Shown piece by piece: positions 62,332 through 64,000 of a stretch of DNA of 64,000 nt. Every line of letters starts with the position of its first letter. The first letter of the stretch is position 1. A program made the translations under genes and the position numbers. The stretch is from Psammoneis japonica (Eukaryota). The stretch is from contig QPGO01000150.1 of assembly GCA_008632985.1 (NCBI GenBank), positions 62,001-126,000 of the forward strand, given 5' to 3'. The notes below the pieces were generated by a model. It ran no database searches. It was not told the origin of the DNA and saw only the letters and a list, made by a program, of their open reading frames with translations.

Positions 62332-64000
62332 CTGCGTTTTTGAGAAATGCCAATGACTGTCATCATCATCATGCTTCGATTGCGGTGCTGATGGTTCTCG
62401 TTTTCGTGCGCGATCAGGTGTGACCATGAACAATTCTTGCATTCAAAAACAAGCACTGCGAAAAACCTTGTTCAAATGCAACGGCAATTTCAGGACAAAC
62501 GTGGGGATGCCCCCCCACAATGGACCAAAAAGGGACAGGGCATGGACCGAAAAATTTTGGTTCATTTTTGTAACATCCATGCGTCGACCGCAGTGGCACG
62601 ACTCATGAACTCCTCAAACCAACAGACCACAATGATGATGCGATGTTGTGTTTTGTGCAACCAATGCCACAAGCAGAGCTGATGTCAATGAACAAGTGCA
62701 ACATTGGTGACAAGCTTCATCATGATGGGAAGCACAAACAACAAGAGCTGCAAAGAACTTGTGACACAAACACAGCTCACATTTGACTTGAAAGGTTGCA
62801 CCAGTCTTCTCGTCACTCGTGTCACACCAACACATCTTGCCTTGTGCTCCTGCACATCATGAGCTGCTGGCTGCAATGAGTGCTGGGAGGAGTGTGTCTG
62901 CTGCAGACGTGTTCCAGATGCAGGCGGGAATCCATGTGACATTGGGCCCACAGAATTCTGTGTGTGAGCTCTGCAGCAAAATTGTCAGGCAATGCATGTG
63001 TCAATGATCGCCAACAGAAAATGAGGCAATTTTGCGAAAGCACAAACTCGTCCATGATTGAAGCACATCATTTTTCACTTGTCCAGGTGCGCTCAGGGTT
63101 TTGCAAAACATTGAGTCTGGAACATTTTTTTGGAAGATCACATGCAGAAATGCACGTGCGAAACATGTGACGAGTGACAAAAAATGTTCATGTCACATGT
63201 CATTGCTGCGAGCTCCCACCCAGGGCTGGAATGCATTGATGTAGAACAGCTCCACCACAGCCTGCTGCTTGTGCTGCTTCATGCCAATGCTGCAATTGTG
63301 AGATGAAGAAAGTGTGCGGCAAAGTGCATGCGCTGTTGACGGGTTCCAGTCCTGGGTGGGACTCCGCGTGACATTGGGCCTGCAGAATTCTGCGTGCGAG
63401 CTCCGCAGCAAATTTGTGCTGCAATGAAAACACAAATGATCACCAACAGAAAAAGAGGCAATTTTATGAACGCATCTCCTCCTGCATGCTTGGAGTGCAT
63501 CATTTGTGGTTTGCCCGGGTGTGTTCTTCAGACATTGAAGAACATGCCCAGCGCATTTTCATTCTCATGAATGTTGAAAATGGAAAGCCTTTGGCTTCGC
63601 AAAACAGGGAGCATGAAACAATTTCGGAGAATGCAACACATGGAAATGTGTGTGTGTGACATGCGATGTGATCCAAAAAACTGTTGATGTCACAGTGCAG
63701 CAGTGCGAGGTCCCACCCAGAGCTGGAGCGCGTCTGTTGCTCTTTTGGAGTTTTGCATGAAGCCAATCATGCTCATCAAGGGAAGAGCTGGTTTGGACAC
63801 AATTCAAACAGTGCTGGGTTTGACACAAATGATCACATCACGAATCCATGGTGCAAGCTCCTCGGTCGCTCTGCATCATCCACCAATGGCTCTGACATCA
63901 TCGATGCTGTCAACCAAGCAGGCAGGACTCTTTCTCCTTCCTTTTACATTCAACAACCTTGGCGGCATCGGCAGTCATTTCCATGCATTTTTCTTTGGCA

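Larger units (their letters stand above)
57060..64000. mobile_element. TpA-depleted island 5 of nested repeats and transposons
   Basis: Near absence of TA. Repeated modules in both orientations, with a nested LTR element and MITE. Confidence 0.85.
59067..64000. repeat. Long inverted repeat, arms 59067-59597 and 63469-64000 (runs off the window)
   Basis: The reverse complement of the window end matches 59067 onward. ORFs 59238/59300(+) mirror 63565/63500(-). About 58130-58405 also mirrors about 63225-63500. Confidence 0.9.

Overview
Eukaryotic DNA, most likely a diatom. The evidence is short GT-AG introns, a bipartite plastid-targeting leader, Pro/Thr-stalked Cys-rich secreted proteins and 'LELAVWKA'-type genes. 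Ordinary gene blocks encode two head-to-head M64-like metallopeptidases, an S8 subtilisin, a GH43-like propeller, MATE, a HYR/CBM protein, a lipase-like protein, PRORP, SKP1, a PAQR-like protein, a zinc-finger pair and a DUF6604-like protein. They alternate with five sharply bounded islands of transposon and pseudogene DNA (about 1-5900, 19180-21270, 35040-36880, 38700-46300, 57060-64000). The main signal is that these islands have lost almost all TpA dinucleotides. All 19 differences between the two 367-bp LTRs of one Ty3/gypsy element are transitions within TA/CG/CA/TG. Decayed copies of two neighbouring host genes show the direction is TpA->TpG/CpA, plus CpG->TpG/CpA. This suggests a region-targeted hypermutation process running opposite to fungal RIP. 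It would convert Tyr codons to His/Cys and erase TAA/TAG stops. A decayed TadA-like deaminase gene lies at the edge of the first island. Several 1-2 nt frameshifts in intact genes, including SKP1, look like assembly errors. All alignments and counts were done by eye and no database searches were run.
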